The notes under the pieces were generated by a model, which was not told the DNA's origin, did no database searches, and worked only from the letters and a program-made list of their open reading frames with translations. From Bacteriovoracia bacterium (GTDB lineage: Bacteria > Bdellovibrionota > UBA1018 > CAIPTA01), in NCBI GenBank assembly GCA_050246755.1, contig JBFWVL010000006.1, forward strand, positions 96,001-160,000: a stretch of 64,000 nt of DNA. Reading direction: 5' to 3'. Position 1 is the first letter of the stretch, and each line of letters starts with the position of its first letter. Positions 1 to 9,694 of this stretch are shown here, one piece after another. A program made the translations under genes and the position numbers.

Positions 1-135
1 TTCGAACGCAGAGTGTCGTATGTTTCGTGAACTCGCTATTTGATTTCGGAACGCGTTATCGCTTAAAGTAACCGGCGTTCTTTGGTGGGTCGCTACCGTG
101 TAAATAAAAGGTATCGACATTATGGGGGAAAAATA

Positions 136-711
136 ATGGCAACCAAAACGAATAAACCGAAAGCAGCCGCTGTGGTGGCTAAAGCTGCTGGACCTGAAAC
201 TGCAAAAACCGTCGAAGCAAAGTTGACTCGTTTGCTTCGCCTGCCGAACGAGGCAGAAGCTGAGAAGATCATCAGCGCGCTCAAAGGTCATGGTCTCACC
301 AAAACTCAGGTAGTTGCTTTAGTAGAAGCGATTCGCCGGGAAGAACAAGAGATCATCTACGGTGACAAAGTAATCCGGGGCGAGCTCCAAACGAATCAAG
401 AAGATTTAATGGACGAAGCCGACCTTGCGTCGAGCGATATCGATCAGGGCATGAAGATGCGCATGGCGAACCGCGAGAACTTCAAAGTGAAACGCTTGCA
501 CCGTGCCTTAGATAAAATCAAAGACGGCAGTTATGGGGAGTGTGACGGCTGTGGATCTGATATCGGATTCGCCCGCTTATCGGCTCGTACGATTGCCGAG
601 CTTTGCATCGCCTGCAAAGAAGACGAAGAGCGGAAAGAGAACCTCTCCGCCGTTGGCCGCAAACCCAAGAGCATGGGACATACCCTCGGCTCCAAGCTTA
701 CGGTTAGCTAG
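136..711 (+). CDS. dksA: DksA/TraR family C4 zinc-finger transcription factor
   Basis: DEADLA coiled-coil tip motif and CDGC-x17-CIAC zinc finger; ATG at 136 after a GGGGA RBS. Confidence 0.85.
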   Translation: MATKTNKPKAAAVVAKAAGPETAKTVEAKLTRLLRLPNEAEAEKIISALKGHGLTKTQVVALVEAIRREEQEIIYGDKVIRGELQTNQEDLMDEADLASSDIDQGMKMRMANRENFKVKRLHRALDKIKDGSYGECDGCGSDIGFARLSARTIAELCIACKEDEERKENLSAVGRKPKSMGHTLGSKLTVS

Positions 712-728
712 TTTTTCGCACCAGAAAG

Positions 729-772
729 AGAAGGCCGGTGCCCGTTTAGGGGATCGGCCTTTTTTATTTTTT
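729..772 (+). terminator. Intrinsic terminator
   Basis: AAGGCCGGT...ATCGGCCTT hairpin followed by a T-run, between convergent genes. Confidence 0.7.
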
Positions 773-1819
773 AGAAAAGAGAGAGCGGAAAAACTTTTGG
801 CAGCTTCCGCTCCACGACTGCAAGTGTTCCGGCAGTAACTTCCGCATCTCGCCCCAATCCATACCCATTTCCGTAACGTAGTTGCGGAAAGCGGCCACTA
901 TCTCCGCCCTGTTCTTGGGAATAGGGCGATTTAGGCGGTAGGGAATCAGTGTCTTCGCGTTACGGATAAAATCCAGCCGGCCCTCGATCAGCTCGAGCTC
1001 CAGTATAAATTCGGCGGCGTCTTTCTGTGGGCGAATCGCGCGGATTTCCACGGTGCGGTAGGCCTCATTCATGGGCTCGGTAACGCGGGTCAGGCAAACG
1101 GCCTGGTACTTCGCCTTCGCCGACCACTGGCAGGGGGCCCGTAGATAGACATCGTCTCGAACCCTCTCAGAAAAAGTACGCAGATCGGAAATTTTTCCCT
1201 CGTCGAAGTCTTTTACGATCTTCGCGAAGCGCTCGCGCGAATTCTTTCCATGTGAGGCGAGGGAGGGAGAGTTTGGATTGGGATCGGACAAGATTTCCAT
1301 GGCCAATTCCGGATGGTTCGCCATATCCACCATAAAATTCCGGAAAAATTTGGCATCTTTCCCGAAGGCCGTTTCAAGACCGATGTGGATATGCCCGCCG
1401 CCCTCCCGGGAGTGGGGCTTCAAACCGGCATCGGCGGCGGCGTCGAAAAGATCCTGAAGCCGAGAGCGCATGGCTTTGTATTCTTCCTTCGTGGCCGGTT
1501 TTCCCTGAACCTCCACTACCGCCGGATCCACGCTGAGCTGGAGCCAATAGCCGTCGGAATAGTTCACGCGGTAGCCGGCCCCGGATTTCTCTACCACCCA
1601 ATCCACCGTGCAGTCGCCTTTCAGCAGGCATTTCTTTTTCATAGCTTCGGCCAAGGCTTCGCGTCCCGCTTCGTTTTCTGGGGTATAGGTGGTGGTGCTC
1701 TGTCCTCGGCTGCCCCGGATGATGCCGGGGTTAGTAAAGGTGAACTCGAGCCCGTAGGTAGGCGGCCAGGCCCACGCGGGAGCGCAGAGAAATAGCAGGA
1801 ATAAGAAAATAGAGTTCAC
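764..1819 (-). CDS. Secreted amidoligase-like (carboxylate-amine ligase fold) protein
   Basis: Signal peptide (APAWA); motifs YGLEF, VEVQ, GGGHIHIG, KY, TVEIR. Confidence 0.6.
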   Translation of the reverse strand: MNSIFLFLLFLCAPAWAWPPTYGLEFTFTNPGIIRGSRGQSTTTYTPENEAGREALAEAMKKKCLLKGDCTVDWVVEKSGAGYRVNYSDGYWLQLSVDPAVVEVQGKPATKEEYKAMRSRLQDLFDAAADAGLKPHSREGGGHIHIGLETAFGKDAKFFRNFMVDMANHPELAMEILSDPNPNSPSLASHGKNSRERFAKIVKDFDEGKISDLRTFSERVRDDVYLRAPCQWSAKAKYQAVCLTRVTEPMNEAYRTVEIRAIRPQKDAAEFILELELIEGRLDFIRNAKTLIPYRLNRPIPKNRAEIVAAFRNYVTEMGMDWGEMRKLLPEHLQSWSGSCQKFFRSLFSKK

Positions 1820-1857
1820 CCCGGCGTATCGGCCTTCCAGGGAGAAAATCCTACCGG

Positions 1858-3096
1858 TTAGCGGGAGTAGGCGCGCCTAAGCTCGTTCACGTTCTCGGCC
1901 TTCACGTGGCCCTTGCGGCTGCACATGATATTTTCGATATCCAGCTGGTAGTTCACGATCGTTTGCTTCTCGCGCACGTAAAACTCCACGTAGCAATCAG
2001 GGAGGCCGAGCACGTGGCCGAACTCGTGGCGGATCGTCCACTGGGCGTCGTACTCGGTGAGGGGTTGGCTGGCATTCATCGTGATCGTATCGCCGCCGAG
2101 CCCGTTCACGTGAGGCGTGGCACCTTCTTCAAACTCGATATGGGCCAAGCTCGAATCGTTCACGAAGGGCATTTCCAGATGCCAGTCCCCGAATTTCCAC
2201 TCGTCTTCGATATTGAAACGCAGGAAGTGGCGCACGTCCTCGGCCACGGGATCCTGAAACGGAGTGATGAACTGCGAGCCGCCGTTCGCGCCACGTTCCC
2301 AGCGGAATTCCGAGCGCGGGGCCGAAGAGGGAATCGTGAAGTAGCTATCGAAGGTTCTTTTTCCGGCCGCCTGCTTTTGCTGAAAGTAGGCTTCAAGGTC
2401 CTGCTTGGCGGAAATTTTTGCGTCCACCTCGCGCTCGCAATTGGCCAGCGAGCCGCCGCCGTTGAAACAGAGGCCTACGAGCCAGCCGCGGAGATTGGCT
2501 TTCTCCTGGGGATTCTGCACGTCGAAGTTTTTCAGTTTCTCGGCGCGGTTCGTGAGGCGGGAAAGAAAATAATAGCCGCGGATATCTTGGTTGCGGCGCC
2601 CTTCTAGCTGATAGAGGTAGGGAGCCATGGTGCGCCAGCGAGCCGCGGTTTGGTACACGCGGTCCACCTTCCAGCACCACTGGATATAGTCGTCCACGGG
2701 AATCGGCGTATCGTTCGTGAACGGCGCATTTTCGAAAATCACTTTGCGCAGTGGCTCGGGGAGGTCCGTTTTCAGTTTATTGTATTCCGCGAGGGTGAGC
2801 GTGGGATTGTATTCGTTCGGCGCCTCGATCGGATAGCCGCGCTGGGTTTCTTTGGAAGTGAGCGAGAGCTTATCGTTCGCCGGGCGGAAGGAATTGATGT
2901 GCTTGAGCCAATCGAGGTTGCGTGTTCCCATCGCCATCACCGGGCCAAGCCCATCGCTATCGCTGTCTTCGAATTGAAGGAAGAGCTTAGGGCCTTTTTC
3001 GCGGTATTCGATGCCCGCGGCATCGGGTGGAATATCCGGGATTTGCGGAGCGGCGAGGGTGGTGAAGGGTACTAGGGCGAGGAGTAAGAATTTCAT
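1858..3096 (-). CDS. Secreted zinc metalloprotease (metzincin-like)
   Basis: Signal peptide; HEFGHVLGLPD zinc motif followed by an NIM Met-turn. Confidence 0.75.
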   Translation of the reverse strand: MKFLLLALVPFTTLAAPQIPDIPPDAAGIEYREKGPKLFLQFEDSDSDGLGPVMAMGTRNLDWLKHINSFRPANDKLSLTSKETQRGYPIEAPNEYNPTLTLAEYNKLKTDLPEPLRKVIFENAPFTNDTPIPVDDYIQWCWKVDRVYQTAARWRTMAPYLYQLEGRRNQDIRGYYFLSRLTNRAEKLKNFDVQNPQEKANLRGWLVGLCFNGGGSLANCEREVDAKISAKQDLEAYFQQKQAAGKRTFDSYFTIPSSAPRSEFRWERGANGGSQFITPFQDPVAEDVRHFLRFNIEDEWKFGDWHLEMPFVNDSSLAHIEFEEGATPHVNGLGGDTITMNASQPLTEYDAQWTIRHEFGHVLGLPDCYVEFYVREKQTIVNYQLDIENIMCSRKGHVKAENVNELRRAYSR

Positions 3097-3202
3097 GGAG
3101 GTAGACTATGGCGGGAAGGGGCGGAATGCTAGCGTGGTTTCGGGGTAAGCGGTTTTTTATTGCCGCCAATTATTATGATTTCGGCAAAGAGCCGTAAGTT
3201 GC

Positions 3203-4351
3203 TTATTTCGCTCGAATTTTTCTCGCATCCAAAATCCGAACGGTTTCCCTCGCCAGCGCCTCTGCCAATACCCGATTCCCTCTCGCATTCAGCTGCAGCA
3301 TATTCAGCCGGTATGCGGAAAACGAAAATCGTGCCCGCGCAACGGGATCTATTTCCTCCACCCAATCCCCAATCTCGTCGGGCAATGGAGGATGTTTCGA
3401 AAAAACTTCCGCCGTGTCTACGAAGGAAACCGGCCCTTGCGCCAAGCGCACAAAGATTTCCTTCAGGTAAGGCTCCGTAGGAAAGGTTCTCACCAGAATC
3501 ACCGGCACCTTATGCTGTTCGGCCAAATCCAGCATCGCGCCCATCACCTCCTCGAAGTTCTTGGAATGTTCTGCGCGTTTTCTCTGCGCGTAGCCCAGGC
3601 GAAACTGGGTCCATAAAAGCGAGCGCGCGGTGAGCGAAGCCAAGGGCCGAACCAACCAGCGCAAGAGTAAATAGGGCTTGGTGTCGGGGAAGCGCAGGGC
3701 TACCGGAAAAAAGTTATCGTCGAGAACTAAGGTGTCCACGAAGCCGTAGTCCAAAACCAAAGCATCCGGCTTATAGTCGAAAATTTCGAACCGCAGCCGC
3801 GCCAAGCCGATGATCGCGGAAGCCGCGTGCCGGCCTCCATTCCAAACCTCGTACTCACTACCCAAAAGCCGTTCGAGCTGAGCCGGATATGCTTCCTCAT
3901 CTTCCACGCCGTGGCCGAACGCCTGGTAGCTGCCGAGCACGATCACGCGTTTCTTTCCTGCGGGTTTTTCCCGGCTATGTTCCCGGCCCCGAAATCCCAG
4001 TGCGTTGCTGTGGATCGAATAAGGTCCTATGCCTTCGCCCCGGATAAAATCGTAGCTCTTCCAGGAGCGACTGGAAGTAAGCCGCGTGGTCTCGAATATC
4101 TTCCGCAATCGCTCTCCCGAGCCAAAGTCCCGATTCGAGTACACCAAGAAAGGAGGAAGAAAGGGGTCGCTCGTTTCTTGACGCAGCCACTGGCCGTACA
4201 GGCGGGAGTAGACCGCTTGCTGATACTGCTCGGTCTTGGCCTCTACGGGATCTTTAAAAAACATCCCGATCCGTAGCAGCCCTTCCGCCGCGAGCAAAAC
4301 CAAGACCAGGAAGGCCAAAGCGCGGACGAGAAAAAGAAAAGCCCGTTTCAT
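3203..4351 (-). CDS. Membrane-anchored SGNH/GDSL hydrolase-like protein
   Basis: N-terminal TM; NALGFRG, VIVLGSY..FGHGV, YPAQLERLL and C-terminal LNARG motifs, with degenerate catalytic residues. Confidence 0.65.
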   Translation of the reverse strand: MKRAFLFLVRALAFLVLVLLAAEGLLRIGMFFKDPVEAKTEQYQQAVYSRLYGQWLRQETSDPFLPPFLVYSNRDFGSGERLRKIFETTRLTSSRSWKSYDFIRGEGIGPYSIHSNALGFRGREHSREKPAGKKRVIVLGSYQAFGHGVEDEEAYPAQLERLLGSEYEVWNGGRHAASAIIGLARLRFEIFDYKPDALVLDYGFVDTLVLDDNFFPVALRFPDTKPYLLLRWLVRPLASLTARSLLWTQFRLGYAQRKRAEHSKNFEEVMGAMLDLAEQHKVPVILVRTFPTEPYLKEIFVRLAQGPVSFVDTAEVFSKHPPLPDEIGDWVEEIDPVARARFSFSAYRLNMLQLNARGNRVLAEALARETVRILDARKIRAK

Positions 4352-4391
4352 TCAGGCAGTTTCGCGCAACCCACCAAGAGGCGCCACAAAT

Positions 4392-4420
4392 AAAAAAGGC
4401 CCCCTTGCGGGAGCCTCTTC
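4392..4420 (-). terminator. Intrinsic terminator of the tolQ/tolR-like operon
   Basis: Minus strand reads AGGCTCCC-GCAA-GGGGGCCT followed by TTTTTT. Confidence 0.75.
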
Positions 4421-4439
4421 CAAAACATGCCCTAAGAAC

Positions 4440-5027
4440 TTACTCGGCTTGTTTCTCTACAGTTAGGCGGAACGTGCGGTAGCCGGCCATGCCCGCGGTG
4501 AACATTACTTGGCGGATCAAGTCGTAGGAAGCTTCTTTGTCGGCTTGCACCAGCAAATCACCTTTCCACTTCTTGGCCGCTTCCACGGGGTCCGCCGCGC
4601 GGGAAGCAAGGGTATCGAATTCCTCTTTCTTGCGCTGGAGCACGTCGTAGACCGGCATGATCCCGCGATTAGCGGTGGTGCGGTCCACGGCGCCTTCGGG
4701 GATCTTGAACTTATTCTCTTTATAGTCACCCTCGAAGGTGAGCACGGGTTCGCTGTCTACCGTGATCTGGTCTTTCGAGATGATCAGTACGATTCCTTCG
4801 CCGAAGGTTTCCACTGCCTTGGAAACGGGCAATTCGAGCTTATCGGTTTGGGGAACCTGCATCTGCGACAGTCCGTAGCTTTTCAGGAGGAAGATCACGA
4901 TGATGATCAGCACGTCCATCAAGCTCGTCATCTGCAGGCCGAAGGTCTTGTTCTTCCGGCGGCGGGCGTGCCCGCGGCGGTGGCCGGAGGCGCTAGATCC
5001 AGGAGAGGGTATTGATACACCGGACAT
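4440..5027 (-). CDS. ExbD/TolR family protein (AglS-like)
   Basis: MTSLMDVLIIIVIFLL TM with conserved Asp; C-terminal VQADK..Y motif. Confidence 0.85.
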   Translation of the reverse strand: MSGVSIPSPGSSASGHRRGHARRRKNKTFGLQMTSLMDVLIIIVIFLLKSYGLSQMQVPQTDKLELPVSKAVETFGEGIVLIISKDQITVDSEPVLTFEGDYKENKFKIPEGAVDRTTANRGIMPVYDVLQRKKEEFDTLASRAADPVEAAKKWKGDLLVQADKEASYDLIRQVMFTAGMAGYRTFRLTVEKQAE

Positions 5028-5029
5028 AA

Positions 5030-5566
5030 TTAATTCCCACTTATTACGTTGCCGAAAATTACGTTAGCGAAGAGATAAGTTTCGGGCTTATCCACGCCGT
5101 TTGCGTCTTTGGCATAAAACGGAGGATCCGTTTTCAGGAGCAAGCGAACCGTGTCCATGAGCTTCACGAGATCATTGTATTTCACTTCGCCAACCGGCAT
5201 GAACACGATGTTCTGTTCTTTCTGGAACTGTTGCTTGATGGGGATCAGGGCTTCGTGGATTTTATCGAAGGCGTAGTCCTTCTCAATCTTCGGAAATACC
5301 TGAGCCTTGATTTTATTCGAGCCGCTCGAGAGCTTGATCTGCTCTTGCTCGATGGTGAGCGTGAGCGCCAAAGGCTTCTCTTTATTATCATCGGGCATGC
5401 TCGAAACCACCGGCACCGGAGTGTCGATGAGGGTTACGGCCAAGAGCGACGTAGCGAGGAGCAGGAATGCGATCAGGGTCACGAACGCATCCATAATCGG
5501 AACGAGCGGAAGATCGATCTCGCTTGTTCCTCGGCTACGGCGTCGGCTTGATGGGCGCTTTAACAT
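5030..5566 (-). CDS. ExbD/TolR family protein (AglQ-like)
   Basis: LVPIMDAFVTLIAFLL TM; Y..LVKLMD motif. Confidence 0.85.
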   Translation of the reverse strand: MLKRPSSRRRSRGTSEIDLPLVPIMDAFVTLIAFLLLATSLLAVTLIDTPVPVVSSMPDDNKEKPLALTLTIEQEQIKLSSGSNKIKAQVFPKIEKDYAFDKIHEALIPIKQQFQKEQNIVFMPVGEVKYNDLVKLMDTVRLLLKTDPPFYAKDANGVDKPETYLFANVIFGNVISGN

Positions 5567-5578
5567 CGCGTCCGCCGC

Positions 5579-6235
5579 CTATACTTCTTCAGTGGAATGT
5601 TTGTATTTGCGGGCGGAGAGCAGATCGATGAGTTTCACCGAGTATTCGTCGGCTTCTTCGATCAGCGTGGAGGCTTTGGCGCTCAGCCAGGAGTGGAAAA
5701 TCATCGCCGTGATGGCCACGATCAAACCGAAGGCCGTGCAGTTCAGGGCTTCGGCGATACCGGCCGAGAGAACGTTTTGGCGTTCGGCGGCGGGGGCCAC
5801 GGCGAGCTGACCGAAGGAGTAGATAAGGCCGGAGATCGTTCCGAGGAGTCCAAGCAGGGTAGACAAGTTCGCGATCAGGGCTAGGTAGTGCAAGCGCTTC
5901 TCGATTTTTGGAATCACTTCGAGGGAGGCAGCGTCTACGGCGTTCTGGATCTGGTGCTCGTCGCGGGAGGCGCGCTGCAGGCCCGCCTTGATGATACGCG
6001 GGAGAGCGGCGCGGCCGGCTCCGTTGCAAAGGCGAATGGCGCCGTCGATATCGTTGGCGAGCACGTACTTTTGTACTTCGAACATGAAGCTCGTGCCGTC
6101 GATATTAAATTGTAAAACGATCCGTACGAACCGCTCGAGAATGATAGCAATCGTAATCGCGAAGCAAATCGCGATCGCATGCATCATGTGTCCGCCAGCC
6201 TGATACTGCTCAATAATGGTGTTTAGAATGTTCAT
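5579..6235 (-). CDS. MotA/TolQ/ExbB proton channel (AglR-like)
   Basis: TLLGLLGTISGLI and GIAEALNCTAFGL TM motifs. Confidence 0.9.
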   Translation of the reverse strand: MNILNTIIEQYQAGGHMMHAIAICFAITIAIILERFVRIVLQFNIDGTSFMFEVQKYVLANDIDGAIRLCNGAGRAALPRIIKAGLQRASRDEHQIQNAVDAASLEVIPKIEKRLHYLALIANLSTLLGLLGTISGLIYSFGQLAVAPAAERQNVLSAGIAEALNCTAFGLIVAITAMIFHSWLSAKASTLIEEADEYSVKLIDLLSARKYKHSTEEV

Positions 6236-6352
6236 GACCCTCTCCTTGGGAAACGTGACTTCAATTGAACCGTACTAATTTTGGTTATTTTTCCAGCGCT
6301 TCCGGCGTCGGAAAAATGTCAGCACGGCATCTTCCTATGATTTTATTGTACT

Positions 6353-6682
6353 TTACTTCACAACTTTGTCGATAACACCTTTGATCGACTCGCGGGGCTG
6401 GTTGCCCACGAGTTGGTCAACGAGTTGCCCGTCTTTGAAAAAGATCATCGTGGGAATACCGCGTACCTTGTATTGCTGGGGAGCGTTTGGGCTTTCGTCC
6501 ACGTTCACCTTCACGACCTTGATTTTTTCTTTGTACTCGGTGGCGAGGCCGTCGAGTACAGGGCCTAAAGCCTTACACGGTCCGCACCATTCCGCCCAGA
6601 AATCCACCAGTACTGGACCGGGGTGTTGTAAAACCTCTTTTTCAAAGTTTTCATCCGACGCTGTAAATACGAATTCGTTCAT
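6353..6682 (-). CDS. trxA: Thioredoxin
   Basis: VDFWAEWCGPCK motif. Confidence 0.95.
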   Translation of the reverse strand: MNEFVFTASDENFEKEVLQHPGPVLVDFWAEWCGPCKALGPVLDGLATEYKEKIKVVKVNVDESPNAPQQYKVRGIPTMIFFKDGQLVDQLVGNQPRESIKGVIDKVVK

Positions 6683-6803
6683 GCTTTCTCTTCCTTTTTC
6701 GCGGGTTTATCGCTAATTCTCATTGTAGCCTAGATAAGTAAATGGGTAAATGATCCACCCCGGTATTGCGCGGGATGTCATCATGGACTTAGGGGAGTTA
6801 CAC

Positions 6804-7406
6804 ATGAGCGCAGAAGAAAAAGCCCTCCAAAGTTTGAAAAGCCAGGTTTCTGAAGGCCAGCGTGTACGCGAAGAATTTTTCGCGCGGCAAACCGCCGAAG
6901 TGATCGCGATCGCGAAGATCATGGGCGAATGCATTGGCCGCGGAAATAAACTTTTGATCTGCGGAAATGGTGGCTCGGCCGCCGACTCGATTCACTTCTC
7001 CGGCGAAATGGTGGGGCGCATGATGCGCGAACGCCGCCCGTTACCGGCCATCGCATTGGCCGCGGATCTTTCCGCACTTACGGCTATTGGTAATGACTAT
7101 GGCTACGACCACGTTTTTTTGCGCGGCGTAGAAGCGTTCGGGAAGCGTGGTGATATTCTTTTTGCGCTCTCCACCAGCGGAAAATCCCCTAACGTGTTGA
7201 AGGCGGTGGAAGCCGCAAAAAAAATGGGACTCACCGTGATTGCCATGACCGGCGGCACGGGGGGGCCATTGGGAGAGGTGGCCGACCGTCATTTAAATGT
7301 CGCTCTCGGCAAGAACTCTCCCCGAATCCAAGAGGTCCATATTCAGGTGATTCATTTGCTCGTGGATTTAATGGACGAATTTTTTCTACCGGAGAAGCAG
7401 GCCTAG
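6804..7406 (+). CDS. gmhA: D-sedoheptulose-7-phosphate isomerase
   Basis: CGNGGSAADS.H, GNDYGY, STSGKS, RIQEVH motifs; ATG at 6804 after AGGGGAG. Confidence 0.92.
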   Translation: MSAEEKALQSLKSQVSEGQRVREEFFARQTAEVIAIAKIMGECIGRGNKLLICGNGGSAADSIHFSGEMVGRMMRERRPLPAIALAADLSALTAIGNDYGYDHVFLRGVEAFGKRGDILFALSTSGKSPNVLKAVEAAKKMGLTVIAMTGGTGGPLGEVADRHLNVALGKNSPRIQEVHIQVIHLLVDLMDEFFLPEKQA

Positions 7407-7829
7407 ATGCTGCTTTGGAAAAATCCTTTATTCCTGAATCGCCTGATCGGAAAGGCCATCGACCTCATTATCGTGGTGGCTCTCGTTAGTGTTCTTTATC
7501 CTGCCGGCCCTTTAGCCGGGTTTCTCTATATCTTAATCTGCGACGGCCTGAAAAATGGCCGCAGTATTGGCAAGCGGGTGGTGGGGCTGCGCGTAGTTAA
7601 CACGGTGACCGGTAAGCCAGCCGACTTCAAGGATTCGATCGTCAGAAATTCGACGGTGGCCATCCCGACCCTCTTTTCTATGGTGCCCATAGTCGGTTGG
7701 TTTCTTTGGATTGTTATTGGAATTCCAATACTTGCTATCGAGGTATACCTCATGACAAGATTAGATCAGCAAGCTCGACTGGGCGACACGATGGCTGATA
7801 CGAAAGTTTCAGAGTGGGTGGAAGTCTAG
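7407..7829 (+). CDS. RDD family membrane protein
   Basis: R...AID, G.SIGK...GLRVV, RN and RLGD..A.T motifs. Confidence 0.85.
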   Translation: MLLWKNPLFLNRLIGKAIDLIIVVALVSVLYPAGPLAGFLYILICDGLKNGRSIGKRVVGLRVVNTVTGKPADFKDSIVRNSTVAIPTLFSMVPIVGWFLWIVIGIPILAIEVYLMTRLDQQARLGDTMADTKVSEWVEV

Positions 7830-7892
7830 GAGAGAGTGTAAAAGTTCGAGGTTAAGTTCAACGTTAAACGCTTCAAGGAAGGAGCAATTAAG

Positions 7893-8198
7893 ATGAGTGC
7901 AGAGAAATTAGGACCCTGGGACGCAGAATCCATCAGACGTGCACGGAAGGCACGCAATTTGACTCAGGCAGAGTTGGCTGAGGGACTCGGCTGTCGTCAA
8001 CAGACGATCAGCGAGTGGGAGCTTGGAATGTACGCACCGAAAAACGCGTACCAAAAGTTGCTCACGATGTTCTTCGGATCCGCTCCTGTAGTGGCCGAGG
8101 CTATGCCTACGCAAGCCGTGTGGAGCAACGATTCAGAAATTCTGAACGTAGCTATCCCATCCACTTCGAGTGAAGCTCTTCTCTCCGAGAAGAACTAA
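7893..8198 (+). CDS. XRE-family HTH regulator
   Basis: LTQAELAEGLGCRQQTISEWELG motif. Confidence 0.85.
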   Translation: MSAEKLGPWDAESIRRARKARNLTQAELAEGLGCRQQTISEWELGMYAPKNAYQKLLTMFFGSAPVVAEAMPTQAVWSNDSEILNVAIPSTSSEALLSEKN

Positions 8199-8221
8199 AT
8201 TCCTTAGCGTTTGAGATTCGT

Positions 8222-8256
8222 AAGGGCAGCCGGTAACGGTTGCCCTTTTTTCTTTT
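8222..8256 (+). terminator. Intrinsic terminator
   Basis: AAGGGCAGCC-GGTAAC-GGTTGCCCTT followed by a T-run. Confidence 0.8.
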
Positions 8257-8280
8257 GGTAGAGTGTAAAATTTAAAAAAC

Positions 8281-8317
8281 AAAAAAAGCCTGAGCAACAC
8301 TGCTCAGGCTTTTTTTT
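8281..8317. terminator. Bidirectional intrinsic terminator
   Basis: A7-GCCTGAGCA-ACAC-TGCTCAGGC-T8. Confidence 0.85.
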
Positions 8318-8342
8318 GTTTTATCCGGTGGAGTGAAGCGGG

Positions 8343-9572
8343 CTAGTCGGCGGAGCCGCTTTCCGATTTATCGGAAGAATCATCCGATGCGGATTCATTG
8401 TCGTGGGCTTCTTCGGCTTCTTCTTTCGACATCGGTGCATGAATATTCGTCGCGTCGGTGCAGATTCGGTTCATGCGTTCGGCGTCGTTGAACTGGTAAT
8501 ATTTATTCCAGAACAAGCGGCGCGCTACCGTGAGCTCGTAGTGTCCCATGTCCACGTGCTCTCCCGGCTCGCCGCAGCTCATGGCGCCCAAGCGGCATTC
8601 GCGGCTGTTAAAATCGGCAAAGATCGCTGCCGTGATGGAAGCCATTCGGTTGGCCGCCATTGCTTCTACGTAGTACTTGGTGGAAAAACCGTGTCCTTGC
8701 TCTCGCTCGAATTGTTCTTTTACTTCCTTGGAGGCCGAGCGAAGTAAGGCGGGGCTCAGGCGTTGGTCGATCGAGGCAAATGCTTTTTTCATCTGCGCTA
8801 CTTGCGCCTCGCTGCTGGCATTGCTTCCGCAAATTTCTTTCGTGCGGGCGATGAATTTTTCCAGGCGGCCATCGATATCGGCCTTAGACAAGGTTCGGGC
8901 TTGGGATTTAATTTTCATGTCCCCGTCGATTTGGTCTTTCGTTTTGTAAGCGCTGGCTTCCAGGCCGATGCCAGTGAAGCCGAAGTCCAGGAGAGCCTGG
9001 CGTAGTTCCACTTGGCTGGGTTTCCATTGGCGCTGATTCATGAAGGCGATGAGCTGGTGCACTTTTTGATCGTCTTTATCCGGAAGCATCATCATCAGGG
9101 CTTCGTGGAAATAAAGTTTTCCGCGGGTTTCTTTTCCTTCGGCTTTTCCGAGAGCGGTATCGGAGGTGAGCTCTTTGCTCACGTACACTTCTCTCCCGCT
9201 TTGGCAGGCGCCTTTGGAGCCTACGAGACGGGTTTTCGGTTCGATCTTCGCGCAAGGATCTTTGCCGGGAAGGGCGAACCAAGAAATAGGTCTAATGCGC
9301 TCATTCACGTCGGGTTCAGAGCTGGGATCTACCACCTGGCGCAGAATGGCGCCGAATCTAGGAATGCGCTCTTCAAAAGCGCGGATATACGTATCCGTTA
9401 CGTCGAAGTCGGGAAGATCTTTGGCGTGCACGGCGTGGTCTTCCGCGAGTTTTTTATTTATCAAAAGGCCGCCGCCGGTGCTGGCGCCGCCTTCGGCCCA
9501 GGCGCTAGAGGCGCAGGCAAAAGTGGTAAGGGTGAGGGCGATCACTTGTTTGAGCGTTAACTGTTTCATCAC
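8343..9572 (-). CDS. Secreted hypothetical protein with N-terminal GGxSxGGG motif
   Basis: Signal peptide SSAWA then EGGASTGGG; LYFHEALM motif; acidic tail. Confidence 0.7.
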   Translation of the reverse strand: MMKQLTLKQVIALTLTTFACASSAWAEGGASTGGGLLINKKLAEDHAVHAKDLPDFDVTDTYIRAFEERIPRFGAILRQVVDPSSEPDVNERIRPISWFALPGKDPCAKIEPKTRLVGSKGACQSGREVYVSKELTSDTALGKAEGKETRGKLYFHEALMMMLPDKDDQKVHQLIAFMNQRQWKPSQVELRQALLDFGFTGIGLEASAYKTKDQIDGDMKIKSQARTLSKADIDGRLEKFIARTKEICGSNASSEAQVAQMKKAFASIDQRLSPALLRSASKEVKEQFEREQGHGFSTKYYVEAMAANRMASITAAIFADFNSRECRLGAMSCGEPGEHVDMGHYELTVARRLFWNKYYQFNDAERMNRICTDATNIHAPMSKEEAEEAHDNESASDDSSDKSESGSAD

Positions 9573-9694
9573 TAACTCCTGTATCGGTTTATTTTGATCA
9601 ACTATTAAGATGATTATGCAGGAGAGGCAGAGGCGAAAATAGGTTTAATTAATTAAAAAGTACGCTATAATTTAATCAAATGGATAATTTATAA

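Noticed and set aside
9581-9607. Sigma-28-like TAAT-N15-ACCGATAC on the minus strand
   Set aside because: The -10 element abuts the RBS, so transcription would start past it.
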